NCBI GenBank assembly: GCA_002633005.1
Contig: NMRA01000623.1
Span: 179,410 to 243,409, forward strand
Origin: Phoronis australis
Taxonomy: Eukaryota; Animalia; Phoronida
Direction: 5' to 3'
Length of the DNA stretch: 64,000 nt
Position numbers and translations under genes: made by a program. Below the pieces are notes generated by a model. The model saw only the letters and a program-made list of their open reading frames with translations. It ran no database searches and had not been told where the DNA came from. Below are positions 36,901 to 47,800 of the stretch, in pieces. Each line of letters opens with the position of its first letter. Position 1 is the first letter of the stretch.

Positions 36901-39900
36901 ACGGATAATAAACAACCCTAGAAGGATACCGTATACGGTGCAATTGCGGGTGCATTTCAATGCTCTGCGTTGCTCTTGTTGAATTTCTAATGATTAGTGA
37001 TCATTATGTGTTGTGTGAGAGCTCTGCCTTGAGTTGTGGTTATAATCCTTAGCAAGTTACTTTTGTGCCTTGCTGGATTTGGTAACTTGAGAGGGAACAT
37101 TGAATTATGGGATGTGAAGCAGAAGAAGCTGATCTCACAGATACAAGCAGATGACACGACCTACTTTGAGTGGGCTCCAGATGGCCAACACTTTGTCACT
37201 GCCACCACTGCACCTCGACTGAGGGTGGACAATAAGTAAGCATAATGTAGCAAGCTGGTCATTCCAGAATGTTGACTTGTGTAAGTAAACAGTATTTGCA
37301 AATAACCAGTCAAATATTTAATTTTCGTTAATGTCTCGCGTTACTGAACACACACCAATCTTCAACTTGCGTTTTGTGTTTTAATGTACTTTCTACATGA
37401 ACCATCAATTTGATGTCATTTTTGTAGTTACAAGGTATGGCATTACTCCGGTAAGCTTCTACACACGTCCAACACACCTGCACGTCAGGAGCTGTGGCAG
37501 GTCACTTGGCAACCAGGTCGTCACCCCGAGCAACCAGTCTCGCATAAAGCAGTGCCATCTATTGCAGCTCCTCACATAGCTGGTCACTCTAATGGTATGT
37601 GATACGCTCAAACTTCCACTCTGATTTTGCAGTATTAGCCCACAATTTTGTGCATCCTCAGAGCACTTACTCACTTTTTCATGATTTTTACTGCTTTACA
37701 TCAAAGCTATACTGCGTTTAGGTAGGATGTCTGATCACAAGACAGATCGTATGCTTAAAACGAGCATTCACTCCCTACTGCCTTATCAGTTATTGTGGCT
37801 AAATAACATTACTATGCAAAATGCTAATATTCTATCCAATCACATGCGATCTTCATGGGCGAATAGTGCCTTACCTCAATATAGGTCTGTCACAGTATGA
37901 AGGCAGATCTGTCGTCTAATTTGGAGGCGGATGATAAGAAGACAGATCAGGTGTTTGAAGAGCTTTCAAATATTATGAACACAGCGGATCAGACATTCAA
38001 TCTGCCTTCTGATCAAATGAACGTTTAATGCCAATAATTGTGTTATTGTTAGGCAGTGAGTTACTAGGGGAGCAAGCTGAGTGGTGCGCGACATGTTGTT
38101 CTGTACTGGTCCAACTCGACTTGTGAATGAGTTACCGGTGTAAACTTTGGAAAACTAGGTCAATCATACAGCTAGGTCAATCATACAACTAGGTCAGTCA
38201 TACAATGTAATATGTGAGGGAGCATCAATAACATGCATAATGTTTGCTGTGGAGGGGTTAATGACCTGCGTACATTTTGAAATTTTCTAAAAATGTTGGT
38301 GGAATTCAGATAAAGGGAGACGAAAATCAACATTTTTGTAAGAAGTGTTGAGGAGGGATAGAGAGTCTGCCACAAAGAGTATACTTCATACACCTGTGAA
38401 AAGATATCTGATTTCAATAGATGGATTATTACAAAAGAGATGCTTTTTGTTGAAAAGTGTGTGGATACAGTGACTGATAAGTTATTTCCCATAATGCCAC
38501 ATGCATACGAGTAATGACAAACAATAGCTTGGCATCATCACGCACCATGTTACTGTTCTGATGTCAATGTCATGCAGTTATCACACATCTTTGGTGGAAA
38601 TTGTTTGGACTCAGCCCTGAATGGAGATCCCACTACACGATGTTTACCCAAGTGTAATGCCGCATGGGGATTTCTGGGTAGAAATGTTGTTCTTTTGTTG
38701 TTAGTTGAAATAAATATTCCTTGATTAAAATGTTGATGTTTCAGTGAAGGCTGGTGTCTACAGGCCCCCTTCAGCTCGTGGCAGGCCGTCAATTAAACTT
38801 CATGAAGATCTGGAACCTCCTTCTAATGTAAAGAAAGCAGACTCAGGTTGGTTACTACAATCTTTGTTGTCGACACTGGATTCTTGTATCAATTGCAAAT
38901 TGTGGTAAAATTCTTCAATTTAGGATGTTGTTTGAAACTTGCCACAAGGAGTTTCCAAAAACATCTTTGTTGATTATTCAAGGGAAATGGGTCACTTTTT
39001 TGTGTGAAAACAATCATACATTTGTAAAAACAATATGAGTTTCTCAAAATTCTAAATAATTAAGTATTGATTTTGTTTCAATTTCAGACATGACTTATAA
39101 TTTGTAGGGATGTTGCAATTCTTGTAATAAATTGTGTCACCGTACGCTTTGTAGCAATAGTTAGAAATCATTCTGGACAGGCTACAATTCTGAAAGAATG
39201 TTATTTGATAAGATAACAATAGCACACATCCACACACATTATGTAGTCCTCTCCATTTGGCGTCCATTTTAGAGATGACAGCACCTTTCCATTTTGGGAC
39301 ATATGCGACCTCCTAGTGGGCATTTTTCATTATTTGAGTCCGTTTTTGGTGTTTGCTCGTCTCTTCGTCAAACTGCTAAGAGGATCATTACAATAATTGG
39401 CAGATATGTTCCTACTGACAAGAGCATGACCGACGTTGATTTTCGAACGGATCCGACTACTGTGGCACCTCTAGTGGCAATGTTTTGCATCTGCATCTTT
39501 TAAAATCCTCGCAGGATCTTTGTGAAATTTGGGAAGCATATTCCTATGGACTTGCCAACACATGACGACCTTTTTGGACAGATCAGACCATCGCTTTGCC
39601 ACCTGGTGGCAATTTGATTTTTTTTTCATCAGCCTTTGTATCTTTGGAGGTCCTTGATGAATTTTCATGAAATTTGGCAAATTGTTTTCCATAACTAGGT
39701 AGACAAGGTATTCTGCACCATCTAGTGGCCACTTTTGTGATATTAATAAACTAGCCTAGAAGCATATCATTTGCAGTGCAGTCATGAGCACATTTCAATG
39801 CTTTGGTTGCTCTTTTAATTTTTGTATGTTTTTTGGCTCCCACATCTCTTTATCTGCTAAAGTGCGTGAAGGATGAGTATGAAATTTTTGCTGATGTGAT

Positions 39901-42900
39901 CCTATTGAGATGATCCCAACCAACAATTTTGAACTACTGTGGCAACCCCTTGTGGCAATTATGGTTTTCTTTGTTTATGCTTCTGTATCAACAAAGTTCT
40001 TTGATGGATTTTGATGAAATTTGGAAAATATTGAGATGACAAGGTGATATGATTGGATGGATTAAGCATTGCTTTGCAGTTGAGGAGAGGGCACATAAAA
40101 TTGATTTTAGGACAAGTCTGAGTATTGTGGCGTCCCCTAGAGGCAAGTTAGGTTTCACATGCGGCTTTGTATACACCAAGTTCCATGATGGGTGGTAACA
40201 AAATTTTGCAAATAAATTTCTATCAGGGAGATGAGAGAGGGATTTTGACGAAATTTTTAAGAGGTTTTGCCAATGTCATAAACCCGATACAAGTGTAGGA
40301 TTTGTTTTCTCACATGAACTGAAAAACTCGACGTGTCTAAAACTTTCAACCACATGATGCAGTTTTTGTAAAAACAGGCTTGCGCAATGTAAAGTGAATT
40401 CATTTAACTTATCAATTGTAAATTGCATTCAACTTTCATAACAAGTGTTCAGGTTGGAATCTAATAAACGGTGTTTGAAGTTGTAAATGTTTATAAATAA
40501 CACAGTCAACAGGGCTTTCCTGCGCGTTAGAGCTGAATTGACCTTGCGAGAGCACAGCTAGACAGTCTCGCGTTTCTTGAGTTGGGTTAATCTCCATTTG
40601 AATGAACGTGAATATGGAATTCATCGCCAAAGATGGGTTCGTTTAAAGACGGCGTAAAATGAGCTAACTATTGCAGGGCTTGGAATGACCAATGACAAAA
40701 AACGCGGAAACTTTTACGGCCCAAAGCATGCGCGCTACCCAGCTTTGAACTAGTCGATGTGAACCTTTCGCCGACAACATCGGGAGGACTAAAAAAAATA
40801 AAAATAGAAAATGTTACCACCATCAGTAGCATGCGTCTGCGTTTTTTTTGCTCGTCCGTCCATTCCCACCCCCACACATTTTTGGCTGCAAAGCCGTAGT
40901 ATTTGTCACCGCGGTTTACAATCACACGAGACGCCATTGAAAATCCCACCACGCTATCCCAGATACCCCGGCAGTGTTGACAATTTACGTTCCTCCGAAA
41001 CATAAAGAGCAACTTCTGCTTTTCGAGGTGAACGTCATCTGCAACGCCGCGGTAAGAAAGGAATTTGCCGCGGAAATTTTATATCAAATCCGATTTTTTT
41101 TACGCGGAAATGTAATAAAATGCGCGGACAGAACATTTGAAAAAAGCAGAAATCCGCGTTTCCGCGGAAAATTCCAAGCCTTGCTGTTGTTTGCATGTCC
41201 TTCCGACTGGGAGTACTTACAGTTGTGACACTCGATTTACCAATTATAACCTTGTCACCTTAGTGGAATTCCGGCACTGTTTGGTTGGCGCGTGTTTGAT
41301 TGTTTCAGTGTTTTGCAGAAGATAACATGTAAGGCGTATGGATTTCTACTTCGCACTACTTAGTAATTCGCCTATGTAATATCAAAAAAAAATTATGTAC
41401 TCGGTGTTATTAACCAGTCGTGTCGTAACGTAGTCCAGGTCATGTGAGAATACTCACTCCTGGATACACATCATTTGTAGTACAGTCATGGGTGCACTTA
41501 AAGGCATTGCATTGTTCTTTAGGCAAGTTTCAGATTAAAGCACTCTTCATCCTCAGCTTCCACTGTTTTTTGTGGTAACAAAAATTTTGCATAGTGTTTT
41601 TTTTAATCTTAATTCCTTTGTAGACCATTTGTCAAAGCAAGCAGCCAAAAATAAAAAGAAAAGGGAAGCTAAAAAAGCAGCAAGACAAGAGGAAACTTCA
41701 TCCAGTGTAAGTTGAGCCTTCAAAGTGCGTCATATTTACTATAACAGGATTGAGTGTACCGGAATATATTACATCTGTACACCCTTCAGAAATTTGGATA
41801 ACTTTGCATATCATGCGGAAATTGTAGTTGAAGTTGGGTAGGCTTATATCAAAATGATATTTACTGTTTGCACAGCAGGCAAATAGCGCTCCCTCACAGC
41901 CAGCTGCGATGCGAAGTACAGGCGATCCTGAGAAAGAAAAGAAAGCGAAGAATATTACCAAGAAACTTCAACAGATTGCCAAGTTGAAGGAACTGCAGCA
42001 AGAAGGGAAGACTCTGGAAAAGAACCAGGTAGGAGCAGGAATGTAAGAGTGTTGAGTGTAGGACCAGGAATGTAGGAGTGCTGGTTGTAGGACCAGGAGT
42101 GTAGGAGTGGTGAGTGTAGGACCAGGAATGTAGGAGTGCTGGTTGCAGGACCAGGAGTGTAGGAGTGTTGAGTGTAGGACCAGGTGTGTAGGAGTGTTGA
42201 GTGTAGGACCAGTAATGTAAGTGTTGTGTGTAGGACCAGTAATTTAAGTGTTGAGTGTTACCAAACCAAATAGAAGCAAGGTGTGATCATCTTTACTGTT
42301 TTTCTGTAATTTTACTAATTGTTGTCTGCAGCAGTGGTCAATATTGATAACGTGAAGTTTCAAAGGATCAGTCTATTTGTTATTTGCATTTGAAAAATGT
42401 AACAACCATTCTGGAAATCTATTTACACTTTTTACCCGAAATTTAACAAAAGTTCACTGCAACCTTTGCAACATTATGGTAACAGACGACGCAGAAGTTG
42501 TGCCCCAACATTTGTGTCTCATCGACACTTTTGTAGCTGATAGAAACAGAATTTACAGGCTTTGGTTGAAGTTTATGGCGAACTACATGAAAGTGATTCT
42601 TTAGAAAAAACGTGGCTATGTGTCTGGGCATTATTTTTTTGTGATTAATAAATTTTTGTAATCAAGGAATAGTTTCAGGGCTTATGATTGATACTTATAT
42701 TAAAAAAATATTTAAGAAATGTGATTCATTACATTGTCGGTTACCTTAATGAATACGTTATGTTGCAATACATCTTACTGTGGACAATGAATTTCACTAT
42801 TATTACTTGTAAGATTCACTGTTCTGGCAAACAAGTGAAATATAAGACCTGACCCCTGTACAAGACTGTGTTATCAAAGGTCGTCAGTCATATCTTTAAT

Positions 42901-43616
42901 TTTCAGTGGCAAATAATTCATCGCACGTAATTAATGAAGGTAGCCTTTGAACTGTGATCACCTTTACGTCAGTAGCACTGACTGTATTAACTCGAACCTT
43001 TAATAATAGTCCAAGAGACAGGGCTTGGAATGACCAATGACAAAAAACGCGGAAACTTTTACGGCCCAAATCATGCCCGGATAACCAGTAACCAACCTTT
43101 GAAATGGTCAATGTGAACTTTCCGCGACAAAAATCGGGACTAAAAANNNNNNNNNNNNNNNNNNNNNNNNNNNNNNNNNNNNNNNNNNNNNNNNATTTGG
43201 CTGCAGAGCGGTAGTATTTGTCGCCGCGCTTAACAATAACACGAGCCGCCATTGAAAATCAGACCACGCTTTACCCAGATGCCCCGGCAATGTTGACAAT
43301 TTACGTTCCTCCGAAACATAAAGACTTCCGCTTTCTGAGGTGAACGTCGTCTGCAACGCCGAAAGGAATTTGCCGCAGAAATTTCATATCAAATCCGATT
43401 TTTTTTACGCGGAAATATTATAAAAAAAGCGGAAAGCACATTTCAAAAAAGCGGAAATCCGCGGAAAATTCCAAGCCCTGAAGAGAGACAGATTTAGTAT
43501 ACCACACCATTTAATTCCCTAACACTTGTAACATGAGAACACACTGTGTATTTCAGCTGGAGAAACTGGAGACAGAAGATCGCTTACTGAAGGAATTAAA
43601 AGAATTGACATTATGA
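18926..43616 (+). CDS. EIF2A: Eukaryotic translation initiation factor 2A, 17 exons, about 572 aa
   Basis: Exons 18926-18953, 22249-22318, 22451-22525, 23216-23334, 24096-24195, 25460-25542, 26208-26311, 30499-30616, 31353-31463, 35091-35159, 35755-35856, 37061-37235, 37428-37594, 38745-38846, 41624-41706, 41876-42028, 43557-43616 total 1719 nt in one frame. Motifs: SFFKAEKV, SYYGEQ, KNGPVY, YGFMPAKATLF, FGTGPRN, LAGFGNLRG, TAPRLRVDN, YRPP, LEKNQLEK. AATAAA at 43950-43955. Confidence 0.97.
19185..20703. mobile_element. Non-autonomous TIR DNA transposon (hAT- or P-like) with 7-bp TSD in EIF2A intron 1
   Basis: TIR CAGGGATATACYTAG / CTAAGTATATCCCTG; CTGTTAG directly repeated on both flanks; subterminal ACTCGCCC repeats. 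Confidence 0.8.
23580..23985. repeat. 33-bp minisatellite (about 12 copies)
   Basis: Unit ATCAAGTATTCACACCTGTAGGTTAACATATGG. Confidence 0.9.
24500..24870 (+). mobile_element. Non-LTR retrotransposon reverse transcriptase C-terminal fragment
   Basis: ORF 24525-24797: WC..NPAK...LKYLGITLDRTLSYKEHV, the RT domain-7/thumb motif. Confidence 0.8.
25070..25225. repeat. About 30-bp minisatellite (about 5 copies)
   Basis: Unit ACTCCAGCTAAAGTGYCYCCTGGCTGTGTY. Confidence 0.8.
26425..30347. mobile_element. Degenerate ISL2EU-like DNA transposon in EIF2A intron 7
   Basis: TIRs GGGGCTATTCGGA(G/C)AATT with AT on both flanks (2-bp TSD), plus a subterminal inverted repeat CTGTACTAGTGGTGAT. THAP remnant on + (about 26520-26750: CYFPWCK...HKFPKD...W...WMP...HF; about 27405: RKRLKPAA*QSI). 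On -: SAP-like remnant (about 30165-30240: LRLREKGASMRGSK) and YqaJ-like exonuclease remnant (about 28140-28660: HG...GLFV...LIGED...LKLKKT...VQG...TFKDL...PKLNLFY). Many stop codons. Confidence 0.75.
30640..30968. repeat. 13-bp minisatellite (about 25 copies)
   Basis: Unit TAGACCATGTGTS, starting about 25 nt after the EIF2A exon 8 donor. Confidence 0.95.
31421..31630 (+). repeat. 71-bp tandem triplication spanning the 3' end of EIF2A exon 9 and its donor site
   Basis: TGCATCAGTGGAGGGTGACAGCTCACT occurs three times; TTG|GTGAGT at 31464 and 31535. Confidence 0.9.
32087..33510. mobile_element. Tc1/mariner-type non-autonomous element
   Basis: Starts TA|CCGTATTCTCTCTAATAATCACCC and ends GGGCGATTATTGGGGCGAAT. 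Its right end is the reverse complement of about 63160-63260. Confidence 0.5.
35160..35754 (+). other. U12-type (minor spliceosome) GT-AG intron of EIF2A
   Basis: 5' splice site GTATCTTTT; branch point TCCTTAAC at 35737-35744, 10 nt before the end of the intron; no polypyrimidine tract. Splicing restores YG-F-MPAKAT. Confidence 0.88.
35290..35558. mobile_element. Tc1/mariner (pogo/Tigger-type) MITE inside the U12 GT-AG intron
   Basis: TA|CCGTAAACTCG ... CAAGTTAACGG|TA, with internal AATCGCCCA-type repeats. Confidence 0.65.
35857..37060 (+). other. U12-type AT-AC intron of EIF2A
   Basis: 5' splice site ATATCCTTT; branch-point-like TCCTTAGC at 37046-37053; ends in TTAC. This junction restores HGN-I-LCLAGFGNLRG in frame, whereas the nearby AG at 37055-56 would shift the frame. 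Confidence 0.9.
36056..36980 (+). mobile_element. Helentron/HINE-like non-autonomous repeat occupying most of the AT-AC intron
   Basis: 5' TTTTTATGTGCCCAC...GTGG hairpin; internal tandem units of about 300 bp (AAATTTGGCA, CCTAGTGGC); 3' GGGTGCATTTCAATGCTCTGCGTTGCTCTTG shared with about 34990-35022 and 39785-39815. Related degenerate tracts at about 2100-2600, 33520-35022 and 39270-40260. Confidence 0.5.
40674..41183. mobile_element. hAT-like MITE, copy 1 (6-bp TSD family)
   Basis: TIR CAGGGCTTGGAAT / ATTCCAAGCCTTG; flanks CTATTG / CTGTTG; homologous to 43019-43480 and 46597-47031. Confidence 0.8.
42029..42260. repeat. About 29-bp minisatellite starting at the EIF2A exon 16 donor
   Basis: Unit GTAGGACCAGGARTGTAGGAGTGTTGAGT, about 8 copies. 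Confidence 0.9.
43019..43480. mobile_element. hAT-like MITE, copy 2 (contains N gap 43147-43194)
   Basis: Perfect TIR CAGGGCTTGGAAT / ATTCCAAGCCCTG; TSD AAGAGA. Confidence 0.85.
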
Positions 43617-44826
43617 TTAGAATGTGGACATAACTGCCTGTATACAGTGATTGCAAGGAACTTGCCATTTGAAGTTCTCAAGTACATCACATTGTAATTC
43701 ACTTCAGTGATAAACAGCAGTACTTGGAAGTCCTAGAAAAAGCAAAGTACTTTTTAACAGTCTAATTACGTGTGAATGCTGTAAACTGACAAGTGGTTAT
43801 AAAATTGTCTAGTGATTTTATCTTAATTATGAAAATGGACTTCTCTGAAGGACAGAGCAACTGTAACGTGAAAGTTTGTCAAGAGTTCAGTGAACATCCA
43901 ATTTGAGCAAGTTTTCCTGTACTTTAGTTTTAAATAAGCTTCTTTTCGCAATAAATCCTTCCCTGTCGGCAGCGGTCCTCAGATGTTGTTATATACTCTC
44001 TTCACGTGGTTAAGTATTGGAGACCAGACTTGTTTCTACTACAGGTGATTAACATGATCACATACACATAAACTTGGTTCAACCAAATAACAACAACACG
44101 CACACATATACACACACACACATTGTCATTCGCCTCTGTTATTCAATCCTTGTCAAGTTGTACTTCAAGTCATAGAGCACGATATTCACACAGTAAATAT
44201 CCTACGTATACTCTGACAATTATACACATGTTGCATATCCTAGATACACACACAGTACGTATCCTAGGCATACACACAGTATAGATATGGTATGTATCCT
44301 AAATGTTACACAGTACATATCCTAGATATACACCGCATATTCACACTGTGCATATCCACACAGTACGTATCCCAGACATACGCCGATTATTGTATATGCT
44401 ATACATACACTGTACATATCCTAGATGTACACACGGTACATAGCTAAGATATACATGATGTGCAAATCTTAGATATACACAGCATGTATCCTACATATAC
44501 ATAAAACCTCAGAGTTATACACACAGTGCATATCTTTCTGTACATCAAAAAAGCACGATGTCTTGTGTCATTCAAGAACAGCTGGACAGATAATAATACA
44601 CAAAGCAGTTGTATTACATTGTATTGTGTATACACCTGGTGCCAAGAACACTATGTTGCCAGTTTGACCAACATCACACTGGATTTCAAAAGAAATTGGC
44701 GAATTGTTATTAACAGCTTGCAATGATTATTATTACAATGTAAATGATGAAAAGATGACTGCAGTTGTTTTTTCCAACAACCCATTTGGTGATGGACACA
44801 TTGAAATGATGAAGTTGTGATTATTT

Positions 44827-47800
44827 TCATTGGTCTTGAGTTAGTCTTGAGGATGTTGCAGAGGGTCTGATGTATGTTGAGATGAATTCCTTGAATCCCT
44901 CCAGATGGTGCTGTTGTAGGTAGTCCAAGTAAGCCAGTCTTTGCTCCTGCAATGAGAGATAGTTGGGTGATGAAGGCCAACTAGTCAACAACTGACATAC
45001 CATTCAACAACTCAGATCTGCCAGCTGTTATTGAGAGCCAATAACAAATCTGAAGTGAAGCTTAGTGTGTCGATGGGTTGGCATAATGAACTGTATCTAT
45101 GGTGGTCTATATCTGCAGTGGTCAGCAACTCTGCGTTTACAGTGACCTGCACATACAGCGTGCTGCGTGTACGGCAGCCTGCATCTACGGCCGCCTGCGT
45201 CTACATCAACGGTCGCCACGATCACATGCGTAATTTAATTTTGCGACGGGTGAAACAAAGGCATCCGACTCAAAAACGAATTTGAAAGAGATTATCTTTT
45301 GTGTATATGCCCAGTTTCTTCCCGTAAGTCACATAGTGAACTGCCTACGTAGGATCATAAGAAGCCTACAGTATATATCCAACTCAAAGAATTGTAATTA
45401 ACAATCTGTGAGACAGTTCAGGCACTTAAAATTGCAGCACAATCATCATGTGAACACTGACCTACCTTACTGATCACCTGAGGTGTCCTGGTGGGGTCGG
45501 AGATCTCCTTTGCATGTAGGAAGTTGTAGGTGAAGGGAAGAAATGCCTGGTGATTGACAAATGAGAACACTGCGCCTAGATTAGGTACATCCACACTCGC
45601 TGCTAGCTGGGGGTCAAACACAGACTCGTCGCCTAGGTGGACAAAGGCCTTCTTCTGCCACAACGCATTGCACAAGTCTTTTATGTAGACGTTTAGTGTG
45701 GGGATTTGGGAGATACCAAGGTCCACAGCTAACCGTTTGGTCTGCTCAGCAATATCGGACGTTTTAAGATGACTAAACGCAATGCGATAACTAGAAAACA
45801 CAGAAACATCAACTTAGTGTTCAGATAAGTTTCCCTTTGCACAGTCCACCAAAATAATATGCACAATGAAAACAATTTTTTTTTAATCTGACAAGTCTAT
45901 ATTTTCTCAACTGTAAAAACATTTTGCAACAAAAAGGAGAGCACCACGTCACTTAAAAGGTAAACTATTTTACCTACCTGCCTCCCCATCTGAAGAGTAG
46001 GGGAAGGGAAATGAGAAATATTTTAAGGACGGATGAATAGAATTAATAGTCAAACTACAGTATATATCTAGTCATACTAAGAAAGACAAAAGCATAAACA
46101 AAAACCGCCTCTGTATTACATTAAAGAAATTGAACATGCTTATTAACCTCGCCCATCAGTGAAACTGGGCATACTTATTAACCTCACCCATCAGTGAAAC
46201 TGGGCGTACTTATTAACCTCACCCATCAGTGAAACTGGGCGTACTTATTAACCTCACCCATCAGTGAAACTGGGCATAGTGATTAACCTCACTCCATTCC
46301 AGTAGACTTATTTGGGTTTTTAAGTCAATAGATAATGTCGACTTACTTGCACATGATATGTCCAAACTTGGATATGGCCAGTGCATCATGTGAAAACAGC
46401 ACTCGATAGGTGAGAGCAGAACTGGGTATCTTAATGAAACCTGTACCATAGTGAGAGTAGAGCATGGATACCTGCAAGAGAGTAGGCTTGTGTTACATGG
46501 AGATGAGATCATATGATGATTGTTGCACTGAAGATCAGGTCACACGATGATTGTTGCCCTAGAGATGAGGTCATATGATTGTTGCCCTAGAGATGACAGG
46601 GCTTGGAATGACCAATGACAAGAAAGCGGAAATTTTTATGGCCCAAAACATGCACGCACCCAGCCTTGACATAGTCGATGTGGACCTTTTGCTGACAAAA
46701 ATCGGGAGGACCAAAAAAAAAAAATGGTACCACCCTTTGGCTGCAGAGTCGTAGTATTTGTCACCGCGGTTTACAATCACACTAGATGCCATTGCAGAAA
46801 TCCACTACGCTATCCCAGATGACCCGGCAATGTTGACAATTTACGTTCCTCTGAAACATAAAAACAACTTCCGCTTTTCGAGGTGAAAGTCGTCGGCAGC
46901 ACCGCAGTAAGAAATTTGCCGCGGAAATTTTATATCAAATCCGATTTTTACGCGGAAATATAATAAAATACGCGGACAGAACATTTGAAAAAAGCGGAAA
47001 TCCGTGTTTCCGCGGAAAATTCCAAGCCTTGAGATGAGGTCATAGGATGATTGCATGAGGTCACATGATGATTGTTGCCCTGGAAATAAGGTCATATGAT
47101 GAGGTCATATGACCAGCGCTATCATGGAATTAAGGTTTATAATGCGATGCCACAAAGCCCTACGAATTTGCGTGTGCACGCATGTGTGCGTGCAAAAGAT
47201 AACCTCTCGAGGTTTAGGGTGTCCACAGCACAAGTATACAAAACCACATGCGACACGAACAGCACGCACAACATCCTTTTTTTCATGTTCATTTGCTCTA
47301 GCATAATGGATACAATTACAAACACGTGAAACAAAGTTCATCAATAACAAAACAATGAATAATAAATTCAATATTTTCTTCAAGATAACAAACAACCAAG
47401 CTTACAAACACTTGGAAGATATTTCTACTGAAAACGTTTGCGTGAAAATATACTGTTCCCAGTATGATCAACTGGTGAATGCTACTGCAAATATTAACAC
47501 GAAACGTGCCGAATGTGAATATTATCACGTTTAGACTCCAAGTCAATATTAACATGTGACGAATCTAGGTGAATATTACCATTTGTTGTCTTCCTGTCAA
47601 TATTAACATGCATTGTGTCCATGTGAATATTAACATAAATATGCATTGTGTCTGTGTCAACATTAACATACATTGCCTATGTAAATAGCGACACAACTTT
47701 TCTCTGCAGACTCACCAGCTGGAAGAAGTCCAATACACAGTGCAGTAGCAGGGTATTGTTATTCTCTTGTTGCAGTCCTACCACACACATGTCATCAATG

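Noticed and set aside
44651-44980. 109-aa minus-strand ORF
   Set aside because: It is the wrong frame over the last CENPI exon, which reads EQRLAYLDYL...
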